From Eledone cirrhosa (lineage: Eukaryota): a stretch of 64,000 bases of DNA. Location of the stretch: the NCBI GenBank assembly GCA_964016885.1, contig OZ024743.1, forward strand, positions 310,620,001-310,684,000, written 5' to 3'. Below the pieces are notes generated by a model that searched no databases, was not told the origin of the DNA, and saw nothing but the letters and a program-made list of their open reading frames with translations. Shown piece after piece: positions 51,008-64,000 of this stretch; the stretch's first letter is position 1, and every line of letters begins with the position of its first letter. Position numbers and translations under genes: made by a program.

Positions 51008-52526
51008 CAGGTCACGGGGGTAGCCATGGGCACAAGAATGGGCCCGAACTATGCCAACCTTTTTGTTGGCCATGTTGAGGCCCAAATCTTTGCCCAGTAC
51101 ACCGGCCCCACGCCCGAACTGTACGGTCGTTACATTGACGACTGTATCGGAGCCACGACCCTCACCCGAGAACAGCTCGACTCCTTTCTCTCCTTCTTCT
51201 GCTCCTTCCACCACTCCCTCCACTTCACCACCTCTATCTCCACCACCCACGTCCACTTCTTAGACATCTCCGTCGCCTTCGACCCCTCCCACCACTCCCT
51301 CGTCACCTCCGCCTTCTTCAAACCCACCGACTCCCACTCTTACCTCGACTTCACCTCTTCCCACCCCACCCACACTAAACTCTCCATTCCCTACTCCCAA
51401 CTTCTCAGGATCCGCCGCCTCTGTAGCCGTGATGCTGACTTCGAGTCCCAGGCCCTTTCCCTAGTCAGCCATTTCATCCGCAGAGGTTACCCCCCTCTCT
51501 CGTCTACACCGCTCTCACCCGCGCCCGTGCTATCCCCCGCTCCACCACCCTCACCCCACGCCACCGCACACCCACCCACCGTCTCCCCTTCCCCATCACC
51601 TACCACCCCTCCACCTTACCCCTCCACCGCACCATCCGCCGCCTCTTCCGATGCCTCCAGTCCGACCCCTCCACCTCCCACATCTTCCCAACCCCACCAC
51701 TCCCCTCCTTCAAACGCGCACGCAATCTCCGCACCCTCCTCGTCCACAGCTCCCTACCCCCCAACCCGCGACTTATGTCGGACAGACGGGACGTCGCCTG
51801 GCGGACCAAGTCACGGAGCACCTCCGGGATATTCGTCTCGGGAGCAGTTCCCCCATTGCCCGCCACTTTGGTGGCCCTGGACACTCCGCACGCCATCTCA
51901 CAGTCTGTGGCCTACTCCAGTGCCACGGAACACCCGCCCATCGCCTTACGGTCGAACAACGCACTATCTTCATCTTACAGACCCACACTCCCCCCGGCCT
52001 GAACTGCCCACCCTTATTCCTTTAGCGTTCGCCCCCCCCCCCCCCCCACACACACACACTTATCCCCCACTAACACAACCCTCATTTTCACCGCCCACCC
52101 CACACTAACAATACTAACACCTCCACTCCACCCCTCATCTGACCACCCTTCCCCAACTAACATACTAACATCCCTTCCCTCCCCTCTTCTCCTCCTCCCC
52201 CTCCTTATCACACGCACACACGCACCCACTTACACCACCCAACCCACACGCAACTAACATCACTAACACCCCCCAACCCCACGCACACGTACCCACACAC
52301 CCTCGTACACCACGAACTCTACACACCCTACCACCACTAACCCCCACTCACACCTATATTCCACCCCTCCCCACCTCCCGTATACTAACACCCACTAACA
52401 ACTCTTCACCAAACTACACCCACACCAGTACACCACACTCCCTCCATAGAACCACACACACCCTTCTCTCCCCGATCCACCCACACCCCCGCTCCACACT
52501 CACTCATCCCACTAACACCCCTACTA

Positions 52527-52565
<39 letters not shown>

Positions 52566-53519
52566 CCTCACTCCACTCTCACACCGACCCATCCTCGCCT
52601 CCCTACCATTCCACCGACTGCTGCTATGCCCTTCCGACCACCTCTCAGCACCAACTGACCACAGCACTCCCACTGCTGACCACTTCCTGTTGCGCGCGCA
52701 CCCCACATCTCTCCTCTTCCGACCACCGCTTCTTGGATTACCCACACGCGAAATTGACTTCTAACCAAATCTCCAAACATCCGTGGAACTTACCAACTTT
52801 TCAACCATCCTCTTACGCCATCACCTATATAACCCCCCCCCCCCAAAACAAAAATGGTTTATCCACACGCCACCCACACCCACAACACGCTTAAACCACA
52901 CACACGTGCTTCCCACCACATATTTACACCCTCAGCCTCCTGATTCCTCTCCCCCCCCCCACCCCCCTATCCACACACGCACAGACACTCCGACCCACAA
53001 AAACACCCCCCACACACACCTTCCTGAACATGCAACCCCGTTCTTCCCCCAACCCTCACTAGCACATACACACACACACACACACGCACACCTAACCACA
53101 CACACCACCTTCAGCCCTCCCCGCTCGGACACCCCGTCTCCCTCTCCCCACTCCACCCGCCACCACCCCTACTCACCCCACACCCTTCCACCACCTGTTT
53201 ACCCCCCCTCTTAATTTCAGTTTATTTTGATCATGCCTTTATTTTTAAATTTTCTCATTCCTTGTATTTTGATCATGCTTTATTTTTATTTATTATATTT
53301 TTTTTGTCTTTATTTGTTAATTTTTCATTCGCACCGTTTCCTTTCGCTATATGTCTCTCCACCACTCCCTACACACCTTTTGAACTCTGTTCCCACACAC
53401 TTCTCACCTGAAGAAGGGCTTATGCCCGAAACGTCGTCCCCCACCTACCTCCCACTCTCCTGAGCGTGAATTTAATAAACATTTATTGTACTGCCTCTCT
53501 GTTCTGTCCCTGTTCAAAT

Positions 53520-53526
<7 letters not shown>
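51008..53526 (+). mobile_element. 5'-truncated Neptune-like PLE (RT, thumb, partial GIY-YIG, C/A-rich 3' UTR, pLTR) flanked by (TA)n
   Basis: [60 protein letters not shown]...EH, LQT..PPGLN; frameshift and internal deletion. Confidence 0.92.
53405..53440 (+). ncRNA. Minimal HHR core in PLE pLTR
   Basis: CTGAAGA-a-GGGC ttat GCCC-GAAA-CGTCG-TC; stem I poorly paired. Confidence 0.6.
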
Positions 53527-53584
<58 letters not shown>

Positions 53585-54157
53585 GTTTTCATACACAGAA
53601 CAAAAGCAGAACAAAAGTGCTACTTCAAGTTTCAAGGCTCAATATCTCCAGATTGTAAAAGGAATCAAATTCGTAGAGGAGTTTGAAATAGCAAAGCATC
53701 TGTACTGATGTTAGTATGCATGCACTATATCAGATGTATTATGTGTTAGCATCTAATGTAGAGAGATGATAGAATATATTAATTTATGGAGTTACGTAGT
53801 ATAGAAGGTGTACTGTTTTATATAAGTGTGGGAAAAAAAGACATTAAGAAATTATATAAATCAAATTTAGGCGGTATAAAATCAGTTAAATTTCTTCAGT
53901 GTTTCCACTTAGCAAAAGTTAGCCTGTGAGATGCTGACATCCTCTAAAACGTTTTTTGTGTTCAAATGATTACTGTTCAGAGACCTTGTAATATTCCAAA
54001 GTTTTCACTGCGGCAGTGACGACATCTCGGTGTATATTTTGAATAATGTTTGAACCTTTAACGTAATCTTACGAGGGCCTCCTTTCTCATTTAATTGCCA
54101 GATAGCTTTCCTTTCTTCCCACCTACGGACATTTGCTACACACACTCATACACAGTA

Positions 54158-54220
<63 letters not shown>

Positions 54221-54256
54221 TTATATATATATATATATATATATACATATATATAT

Positions 54257-54326
<70 letters not shown>

Positions 54327-54340
54327 CATATATATATATA

Positions 54341-54437
<97 letters not shown>

Positions 54438-54872
54438 TGTTTGAGCGAGTGAGAGCGATAGAAAGTGATTACTGTTATTGTTAGGGTGTTATATTACCTT
54501 TGAAAAGGGTAGAAACTCTATATTTTTCATAATTTGGGGTGTTATATTGCCTTTGAAAAGGGTTGAAACTCTATATTTTTCATAATTTGTATAAGCATGA
54601 ACATTCATTTTTCATAGAATTTTCTTTAGTTGTTAAGTTTTATGTGCAATAAATTGTTTATACTTCTAGAATGCACAAGATATTTTAATAATTCTATTAT
54701 AATTTCCTAATAATTGTTAATTATAAATAACACATAATGATTTTTAAAACTCGAATGACTATGCATGATCCACCAGAGTAAAATAATTATCAAATGGCTT
54801 CATACGTAAATAAAGTTTGAGAACCACTGGTCTCGATAATGTTTGAGATGGTCAGTGGTCCTCATATAATAA

Positions 54873-55228
54873 TGGTTTCGGATTTAGGCACAAGATCAAC
54901 AACTTGGGAGGAAAGGAAAGTCGATGATTAAATCGACCCCAGTATATTATTGGTTCTTTATTTATATAATTATTATTTTAATTTATATAAACATTACTTA
55001 GTTTTAATTATTTTTATAATATAGTAATGGTTTTTCATTTAAGCACAAGGCCAAAAATTTGGGGGAGGTAAAAGTCGATTAAATAAAACCCCAGTACATT
55101 ATTGGTTCTTTATTTTATCGATCCCGTAACGAAGAAAAGCAAAGCTAACCCCGGTGGGATTTGAATACAGAACTTAAAAGGGACGTAACTCTATGCCGCA
55201 AAGCATGTTTTCCGGTGCCCTACCGATA
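54873..55228 (-). mobile_element. Degraded SINE with duplicated tail
   Basis: GGGATTTGAA..AAAGGGACGTAACTCTATGC..CTACCGATA is the reverse complement of the SINE head. Confidence 0.8.
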
Positions 55229-55346
55229 ATAATAATGAAAGATACAAAATTTGAATATTTGAAAAACAATCCCTCAATATGTCCAGACACTTCAGTTAGA
55301 TGGATTATATTACAAAGCCATAAATATTTTCCATTTATTATAATAA

Positions 55347-55803
55347 CTAGCATAAAAACCACCCTTCGGGTGTATATTGATATTATACGCAAGTATATAT
55401 GCATGTAGATATGATACATCAAATAAAATCGTAATTAACAATATACACAGAAATTGAACGAAGACTGTGTTTCACTGTCTTATGTAATCAGTAAAGTAAT
55501 CCATGATACATGAAAAAAAAAGACGATATTATATATAAACTGAATTAGGAGAAAATTAGTGACAGAAATATATGAATATTTATTTAAGCGACCGTTAACC
55601 GGAAGTGTTGACATTTGAACATTTTAAAGAAGTGAATCTTTAAATAAGTAATAAAATATATTTAATGAACAGCCACGAAATTTAGTAGATAAATTATGTA
55701 ACATTCATTCATTATTTATTCAAAGTAATTCAACTTATTTTAGTAATGGGATAAAAAAATTATAAACCGTACGCAGTTCCGTTCTCCTTACTTTATTATA
55801 TAT
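55347..55803 (-). mobile_element. Non-autonomous Helitron-like element
   Basis: CTAG end with CACCCTTCGGGTG hairpin; homologous to 49945-50466. Confidence 0.65.
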
Positions 55804-55896
55804 TATTTACTAATTCAGGAGATGCTACATCACAAACAATATATATAGAATATATTAAAGTGCCTAATGAGATATCGAAGAATTAATTGTATATAG

Positions 55897-56252
55897 AGTA
55901 AAGCACTGTCGGCAGCACAAAGCTCTCGTACAAGTGTAGCTTGCACCCAGTCTGGTCGTCTTCATGCATCATCACCTGGACGAAGTTGCACTTGTACAAG
56001 AGCACCGTGCTGCCGACAGTGCTTTACGCGAGCGAAACCTGGAAGAGCACGGCAAAGATAGAGAGAGGGCTGAACACTTTCCACCAGCGGTGAACTGGAC
56101 TCCACCTGGCGGCAAACGGAAGCTGGGTTGCCCCTGGATCACCTGGCGACGAACGTTCCCAAAAGACCTGATGGCATGGCAGCCAACATCATTTGGCACG
56201 GACGCGAAAAAGCAGCCGCTGATCGTAACCGTTGGTGAGTATTTACTGCTCG

Positions 56253-56255
<3 letters not shown>
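55897..56255 (+). mobile_element. RTE-type LINE 3' fragment with inverted 5' segment and internal deletion
   Basis: KLHLYKSTVLPTVLYASETW (~55983-56042), then WTPPGGKRKLGCPWITWRRT; 55898-55945 is an inverted copy of 55982-56027. Confidence 0.75.
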
Positions 56256-56289
<34 letters not shown>

Positions 56290-56294
<5 letters not shown>

Positions 56295-56710
56295 CAAAAT
56301 ATTAATAAATGAAGACGTTCACATAATCAAAATATATGTTTTGTTATATATATTTCGGAGGTACTGTGCTGTTTTTTTAGTACGTCCTCATCAGATAAAT
56401 ACATGAATTGGTGTATGACATACCTCAACTGTCTTGATGGTTTAATTCCAGTCTTGGCAGTTAAACCATCAAGACAGTTGAGGTATGTCATACATCAATT
56501 CATGTATTTTATCTGATGAGGACGTACTGAAAAAACACCACAGTCCTCCGAAATATATATAATAAAACATATATTTTGATTATGTGAATGTCTTCATTTA
56601 TTAATATTTTGAATAATATTAATAACTCCAGAAAACCTCTCAGTTGAGTGTTTTGAATATATTGTAAAACTATATCCATTGAGTAATCAATGAACCTTAT
56701 TAACATTTGG

Positions 56711-56712
<2 letters not shown>
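56290..56712. mobile_element. Fold-back PLE pLTR with two divergent HHRs (~56339-56399 minus; 56507-56567 plus) in (TA)n
   Basis: Arms 56290-56445 and 56460-56615; TTTTAT-CTGATGA-GGAC...TCC-GAAA-TATATA-TA-ATAAAA. Same family as 11580-11905. Confidence 0.85.
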
Positions 56713-56791
<79 letters not shown>

Positions 56792-56974
56792 TATATATAA
56801 TAATAATAATAATAAGTGTGAAGAATAAAATCCAAAGAGGGCTCGATAAGGATAAATATATATCAAATATATAAGAACCCTAGATTTATTAAAATAACAG
56901 ATTAAAGTTTAAGCAATGAATCGCTGCTTTCACCCTTCTGAAACTAAAGAATCAATTTGTGAACGCAGAAGTAA

Positions 56975-57006
<32 letters not shown>

Positions 57007-58159
57007 AAAAGGCAAACAGAAATAACAACACAATCGGTACAGTATGTGAAAGGAATATATTAGTTTAACGCTTGAAATAGCAGGAAGATGGTTGTCCTTT
57101 ACCAGAAGAAAGAATGAGAAATAAGAAAGATTGAGGGGACGGTGGGGGGATTGGAAAATAATGTCTTAAGATAAAAATAACAGGTCCATTTATGTTGACA
57201 TATATAATACATATATATATAAGGTAAATTATATGAGTTATGATATAACTGTATAAGGCATTCAGATATTTAAAGTCTAATATAATTTTGTCAACATCCA
57301 GATTGGCGAAAGATAGTTAAGGGATAAATTTATGTTCATACACGGAACAAAAAGTTTTACCTAAGATTTCAAGTTTTAATTATGCATATTTCCCCAGATT
57401 GTGCACGATGGTGCAAAATAGAAATGCAATCAAATTTGTGAACTAGTCATCAGGTTCTTGGAAGGGTTAGAAGATAGCGTGTTAAGCGCTCGTTTAGGAC
57501 AATAATTACTTATATATAAATTTACGTAGTTTAACGAAGGGAAATAATCAACATGTAAAATAGAAATGGCTACGTTAGTGTCTGTGTATTTCTCATTACT
57601 CAATGTAGCAGATATACGGCATTGTATATAGTGGTGACATGTAATATAGATATATTTATTTTTATTTAGGTTTTTGAGTTCAGTAGAGGAAATATACCGT
57701 ATTACGTATGTGTGGAAAATATAAAAGTTATTAAGAAAGTATAGAAATCAATATTTAAGTGGTTAAAGATCAGTTGGATTCATTGAGTGTTCCACTTAGC
57801 AAGAAGTTGGCCTTTGAAATGTAGACATCATCAAAAATTTCGATCTGGTTAATTTCGATTTGATTAATTCTGTTAGAAAATTCATGTCGCAAATGAGACG
57901 CTGTATCAGAATTCCTCTGTTAAATTAATGATATTAAAAAAAAGACGTAGTATCGAAGAATCATATTATGTGCTATGTTCTGCAAATGTAGAAGGCGGTT
58001 TAGAAATAAATGTTCCTGAGAATACTTTCACATTCTCATAGCAATTTCCAGTGAAAATGAATCATTCATTGATTAATGTTTCCAACTATATTAGATAGGC
58101 CTGCTAGAGGAGTGAAAAATCCGAATCGTAATTCGATGCAGTGGAGTTCTGTAATATTA

Positions 58160-58348
58160 TAACTGTTTCTACTTTTGGCACAAGGCCAGCAATTACCCAG
58201 TGCATTACTGGTACTTTATTTTATCGACCCCGTAAGGATGAAAGGCAAAGTTAACCTCGGCGGGATTTGAACTCAGATTAGAAAGGGCCGTAACTCCATG
58301 CATCAAAGCATGGCGTCCGACCCTCTACCGATATTGCCAATCCACCAC
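58160..58348 (-). mobile_element. tRNA-derived SINE
   Basis: Reverse complement of the full SINE consensus seen in the window. Confidence 0.92.
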
Positions 58349-58447
58349 CAGAAGAGAGTCTCTCATCTAAGAAGAAGAATACTAAGGCAAGTAAATGAAA
58401 TGGAATGAATATTGTTAACTTCTAAGAACATTCAGACTGCTACTAAT

Positions 58448-58479
<32 letters not shown>

Positions 58480-58661
58480 ATCTTTAGTTCTGTTGCTGCA
58501 TATGTTTTTGTCGTCTCCCATATTTCTCATATTTACAATACTCTTTGGTACACGATAACATCCGATCATTGTTCAATGTTTTTTTTAGCTCAATTGTTTG
58601 CAGCCTTGTCTTCTCCGGCTTTTACTTCGTATTCTGTAACTAATACAACTAACACGGATTG

Positions 58662-58825
58662 AATTGGCAGTATCGGTAGAGGTTTGGAGGCCATGCTTTC
58701 TAGCATAGTTACGTCCCTTTACAGTCTGAGTTCAAATCCCGCCGAGGTTAACTTTGCCTTTCATCCTTACGGGGTCGATAAAATAAAGTACTAGTAATGT
58801 ACTGAGTAATTGCTGCCCTTGTGCT
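58662..58825 (+). mobile_element. tRNA-derived SINE
   Basis: TTGGCAGTATCGG...GAGTTCAAATCCCGCCGAGG... Confidence 0.92.
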
Positions 58826-58918
58826 TATATATATACATATATATATATACATATATATATATATACATATACACAACTATTTATATATATAATCCGTGTT
58901 ATCTAATTAAATAAATAA

Positions 58919-58959
<41 letters not shown>

Positions 58960-58962
<3 letters not shown>

Positions 58963-59636
58963 TAAAACATGTCCATAGAATCACCAGATGAAATATATAC
59001 CGTTTCCTCTCCCAATTAGCATAATTAACCATATAAAAATCAATTAGACCAAGCTATAAGAATAAAGGTTCCTATGAAGAAATCTCCGACAAATAACCGA
59101 AAGCAGTCCTTCGCGGCGGTTGCGACGGAGTATTTATCGAATATTTAGACAGAGTGTATAAATCGACCAGATATACAGTCAACTAAACAGAATTAGGTGT
59201 AAAATAAACTGGAAAAAAGTGAACATATTTAGTACCTCTACCATAGTTTCGTCCGCATTTTAAGATATCCGATAACGTTGGAAATCTAGAGCCTCGGATT
59301 CTTCAGGAGTTAGCTCAAATTTAGAGTTAGCTCATATTTAGTTACCATGGTAGAGGTAACTAAATATGTTCACTTTTCTTCTAGTTTATTTTACACCTAA
59401 TTCTGTTTAGTTGACTGTATATCTGGTCGATTTATACACGCTGTCGAAATACTCGATAAATACTCCGTCGCAACTGCCGCGAAGGGCTGCTTTCGGTTAT
59501 TTGTCAGAGATTTCTTCATAGGAACCTTTATTCTTAGAACTTGGTCTAATTGATTTTTTATATGGTTAATTATGCTAATTGGGAGAGGAAACGGTATATC
59601 TTTTATCTGGTGATTCTATAGACATGTTTCATGATA
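58960..59636. mobile_element. Fold-back element (~285-bp arms) with HHR at the centre (59233-59312, minus)
   Basis: Arms 58960-59246 and 59344-59636. Minus strand: TAACTC-CTGAAGA-a-TCCG...CGGA-c-GAAA-CTATGG-TA-GAGGTA. Confidence 0.82.
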
Positions 59637-59716
59637 TATAGCTCTGATTATTTAATTTATTAATTCTTCATTAGCCACAAAGTGACCCGTTGCAAAACAC
59701 ATATATATCTATGACT

Positions 59717-59780
<64 letters not shown>

Positions 59781-59786
<6 letters not shown>

Positions 59787-60014
59787 GGACATTGGAAGGT
59801 AATATCCGTAGTGGTAGAGCACTCAATCCATGGGACGACTTTGGTAGAAGTAGTAACACAACAGTTAATTCACCATACCGAGAGCAATTGTTTCACCTTA
59901 TGCGGATCTTCAGTTCGGACTGGTAATGGTTATACGGAACAGAAAAAACATCCGATCCGCATAAGGTGAAACAATTGTTCTCGGTATGGTGAATTAACTG
60001 TTGTGTTACTACTT
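59781..60014. mobile_element. Fold-back element with HHR (59878-59918, minus)
   Basis: Arms 59848-59908 and 59953-60014; CCGAA-CTGAAGA-tCCgcataaGGt-GAAA-CAATTG-(C/T)T-CTCGG. Confidence 0.75.
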
Positions 60015-60389
60015 TTGTATAAAGATAGTTAAAACTTCTCATTTGCGGATGATCCAAGTTTTAACACCTATGATTCGCCGATTAATGGTGAAATATATTT
60101 CTTAATGGAATATATACAAAGGAGATTAATCATTATTGAAAGGTATATATATTCAAGGTCCTCGTTAATTTTCGATACGTTACATCCGTAAATATGTGTG
60201 TTTACCCTCTTTACAAATTATCTCCTGTAATTGTTTGATGTGTTTATTTTATATATATATCAAATGATTTTTAATTTAATGTTAATAAATACTCAGATTT
60301 ATTCCGTAGAATCTTTAAGCTTATTCTACAGGTGGTATAAAGCATGTTTCTGATATTCTCAGACATGACATCTTTAACTTAATTTTGGT

Positions 60390-61462
<1,073 letters not shown>

Positions 61463-61502
61463 ATATATATATATATATATTGCCAAATATACTATACATA
61501 TA

Positions 61503-61571
<69 letters not shown>

Positions 61572-61646
61572 AGGATGAATATAAAATGAAAGTGCTTTTG
61601 TTAAAAAAGGAATTTATTAGGTATTGACATATGTTTGATAACCTGA

Positions 61647-61687
<41 letters not shown>

Positions 61688-61691
<4 letters not shown>

Positions 61692-61958
61692 AAAGAATAG
61701 AGGTGTAACACACAAGTTATTATATATTGGTAAACGGAATAGAAAATACTGACAAATTGTTCACAGTTGAAAAATGGTTTAATTAGGAATAAAAGAGTAT
61801 TAGTGATTGTATGGGTTAGTATTCAGTTGTGATTTTAAGTTTCTAAAAACTTAAAACCACAACTGAATACTAACCCATACAATCACTAATACTCTTTTAT
61901 TCCTAATTAAACCATTTTTCAACTGTGAACAATTTGTCAGCATTTTCTATTCCGTTTA

Positions 61959-61965
<7 letters not shown>
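61688..61965. mobile_element. Fold-back pLTR fragment (~118-bp arms) in (TA)n
   Basis: 61725-61842 is the reverse complement of 61847-61965; homologous to 7712-7828. Confidence 0.8.
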
Positions 61966-61998
<33 letters not shown>

Positions 61999-62214
61999 TA
62001 TATGTATGTATAATGTAATAGTTATCATACTTATATGTATTCTTGCTTTCATATCTTGTTACATATAAAATATAATATCATTTTCTAGCATTTGAATTTT
62101 CTATCTTCTGATTGTTTTATAACTGAATTCCTAATTCTTCAATACTTCATTCTTAAATACAAACCAATTATATATAAGATGAGGTTTTGTAGAACTGATT
62201 AGATCACATTAAGG

Positions 62215-62402
62215 GCGGTGGATTGGCAGTATCGGTAGAGGGTCGGACGCCATGCTTTCCAGCATAGTTACGTCCCTTTACGGTCTGAGTTCAAATCCCG
62301 CCGAGGTTAACTTTGCCTTTCATCCTTACGGGGTCGATAAAATAAAGTACCAGTAATGTACTGGGTAATTGATGGCCTTGTACCAAAAGTAGAAACAATT
62401 AA
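62215..62402 (+). mobile_element. tRNA-derived SINE, full length
   Basis: GGCGGTGGATTGGCAGTATCGG...GTAGAAACAATTAA. Confidence 0.92.
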
Positions 62403-62719
62403 TATTTAAAGTCTTCGGTTTAATACTACGAATTGTCACACAGATCGGTTCACAATTAAACATAATATAAATGTTTCAATTAACGAACAATATGAAGCAA
62501 CCTTAGCAAGATATTGATGAATACTAACAAAAAATCACCATGGCTGTATCGCATTAAAAATCAATGAACCTGACGAATCTTCACACAGATCTGTTCAAAA
62601 GTAGACATAATATAAACGTGTGAATTAACGAACTATATGAATAACAAGACATTGATGAATAGAACAAACGTCACCATAGCTGCATTGCGTTATAAATTAA
62701 CATCACAGACTTTCGATTA

Positions 62720-62910
62720 GGAAAATCGGTAGAGTGTCGCATAACATGCTTTGAGGCATTCAGTTATGGCTCTTTACCTTCTGAGTTTAGCTTTGCCTTT
62801 CATCTTTACAAGGTCTATAAAATAAAGCGCCAGTAAGGCTCTGAGGTCGAGTTAATTGACTTTCCCCTCCCCAAAAATTGTTGGCCTTTTGTCTAAATCA
62901 GAAACCATTA
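62720..62910 (+). mobile_element. Older degraded SINE
   Basis: ATCGGTAGAGTGTCG, CTTTGCCTTTCATC, GAAACCATTAT. Confidence 0.7.
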
Positions 62911-63186
62911 TAAGTTAGCATCACAAACATCTATTCACAAGTAAAATACTAAAAACAGTTTAATCAACAAACTTTTTAAAGATAATCTGCTGAGCCATTA
63001 CATGATGTTACAAATTACACTGTTGTTATAGTGTAATATATAGCATTTATTGCACTCATAATTTATAAATATATATATATGTTTTAGTAATAAAAGAAAT
63101 GTTACAATAACAGACGGACAAAACAAAAAAATGAAATATAACTTGAATAAGACAGACAAATGAGTTTGTCATTCAGTTAGTGTTTT

Positions 63187-63500
63187 CACGGTTACCTTAA
63201 ATCTCAAAAGTATGCTCCAATGATACGGGCCCGGATTGGTGTGAAGGAGCGACCTCTGGTGAGAAAAACTCCATTAGGCGTCATTTAGTTAATGTTGTCA
63301 CGGTTATCTTAAATCTCAAAAGTGTCTTCCAATGATAGGATCTCGGATGGTATGAAGGAGCGACCTCTGGCGAGCAGGACCCCATCGGTTAATATTCGGT
63401 TAATATTATCACAATTACCTTTAATCTTAAAAGTGTGCCCCAGGAATACGATCCAGGGTGGTGTGAAGGAGCGGCCTCTAGTGAGAAGGACCCCCACTGC
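63187..63500. repeat. Diverged tandem repeat, ~3 x 111 bp
   Basis: Unit with TTAAATCTCAAAAGT...GTGAAGGAGCGACCTCTGG, starting near 63187, 63299 and 63410. Confidence 0.85.
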
Positions 63501-64000
63501 AGGAGAGTTCATAGTCTCAGCGGTCAGAATACAGAAAATGTTGTATCGGCGGATACCGTGGGAGACACGTTGGAATAGCTATTCCGACTCGCTGGGCTCA
63601 CTCTCGCGAGTGACCAATTCGGTTCCGATAGTAGTGAGTAGGTAAGTAGTCCGATAGCAAAGAACGCCGAAAAGTCTCCACAGCTAGAGATTTGACGACA
63701 AACCTATCGGATAGTGGGCGATACTTCGACAGCTTGTGATCTTCGGTTGCGACAACGTTTGTTCTAGTTGTTTGATCAACGGAAAATCGTGCTCGTGAAA
63801 TTAACGCGCAAGAAGGCAAGCATTCCATAGTCACGTGTGATAATGCGAGCAGTTACAATCACTCGTACAACTCATTAACCCTCCAGCTTAGTGACTGAAG
63901 CGTGAAATAATGTATTTTTAAAGGCCGGAACATTGCCGACCAAGAATCAGTCTCAGGACCTTATGGTCATAAACTAAACCCCTTAACTACAAAGCCTCGG

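Noticed and set aside
54095-54484. YIYI/ERER/THTH/poly-I ORFs here and throughout the window
   Set aside because: These are translations of (TA)n, (GA)n, (CA)n and (TTA)n microsatellites.
54813-54830. hAT-type TIR CAGTGGTTCTCAAAC (minus)
   Set aside because: No partner TIR or TSD found.
57480-58140. Possible old PLE ORF remnants (similar stretch at ~53900-53950)
   Set aside because: Shared TTCCACTTAGCAA..GTT.GCCT motif, but too degraded to assign.

Overview
AT-rich animal genomic DNA, probably an octopod cephalopod (inferred from the abundant tRNA-derived SINE with core GAGTTCAAATCCCGCCGAGGTTAACTTTGCCTTTCATCC and the dense (TA)n/(ATT)n/(CA)n microsatellites). The window is almost entirely transposable elements, with no intact cellular gene. 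It holds two decayed RepHel Helitrons plus about six non-autonomous Helitrons, and at least six Penelope-like element (PLE) copies or fragments. It also holds a head-to-tail array of five R4/Dong-like RLE retrotransposons separated by (TAA)n, a full-length decayed Tx1/L1-clade LINE plus fragments, an RTE fragment and about 12 SINEs. The standout, invisible in the ORF track, is a hammerhead ribozyme (HHR) system. A 3-kb palindrome at 40025-43024 is made of about 10 near-identical 310-bp non-coding units, each carrying a minimal type I HHR (a retrozyme-like, probably circRNA-derived element). About ten further short fold-back elements, mostly embedded in (TA)n, carry different HHR variants. One candidate host exon lies at about 50531-50800 (minus).
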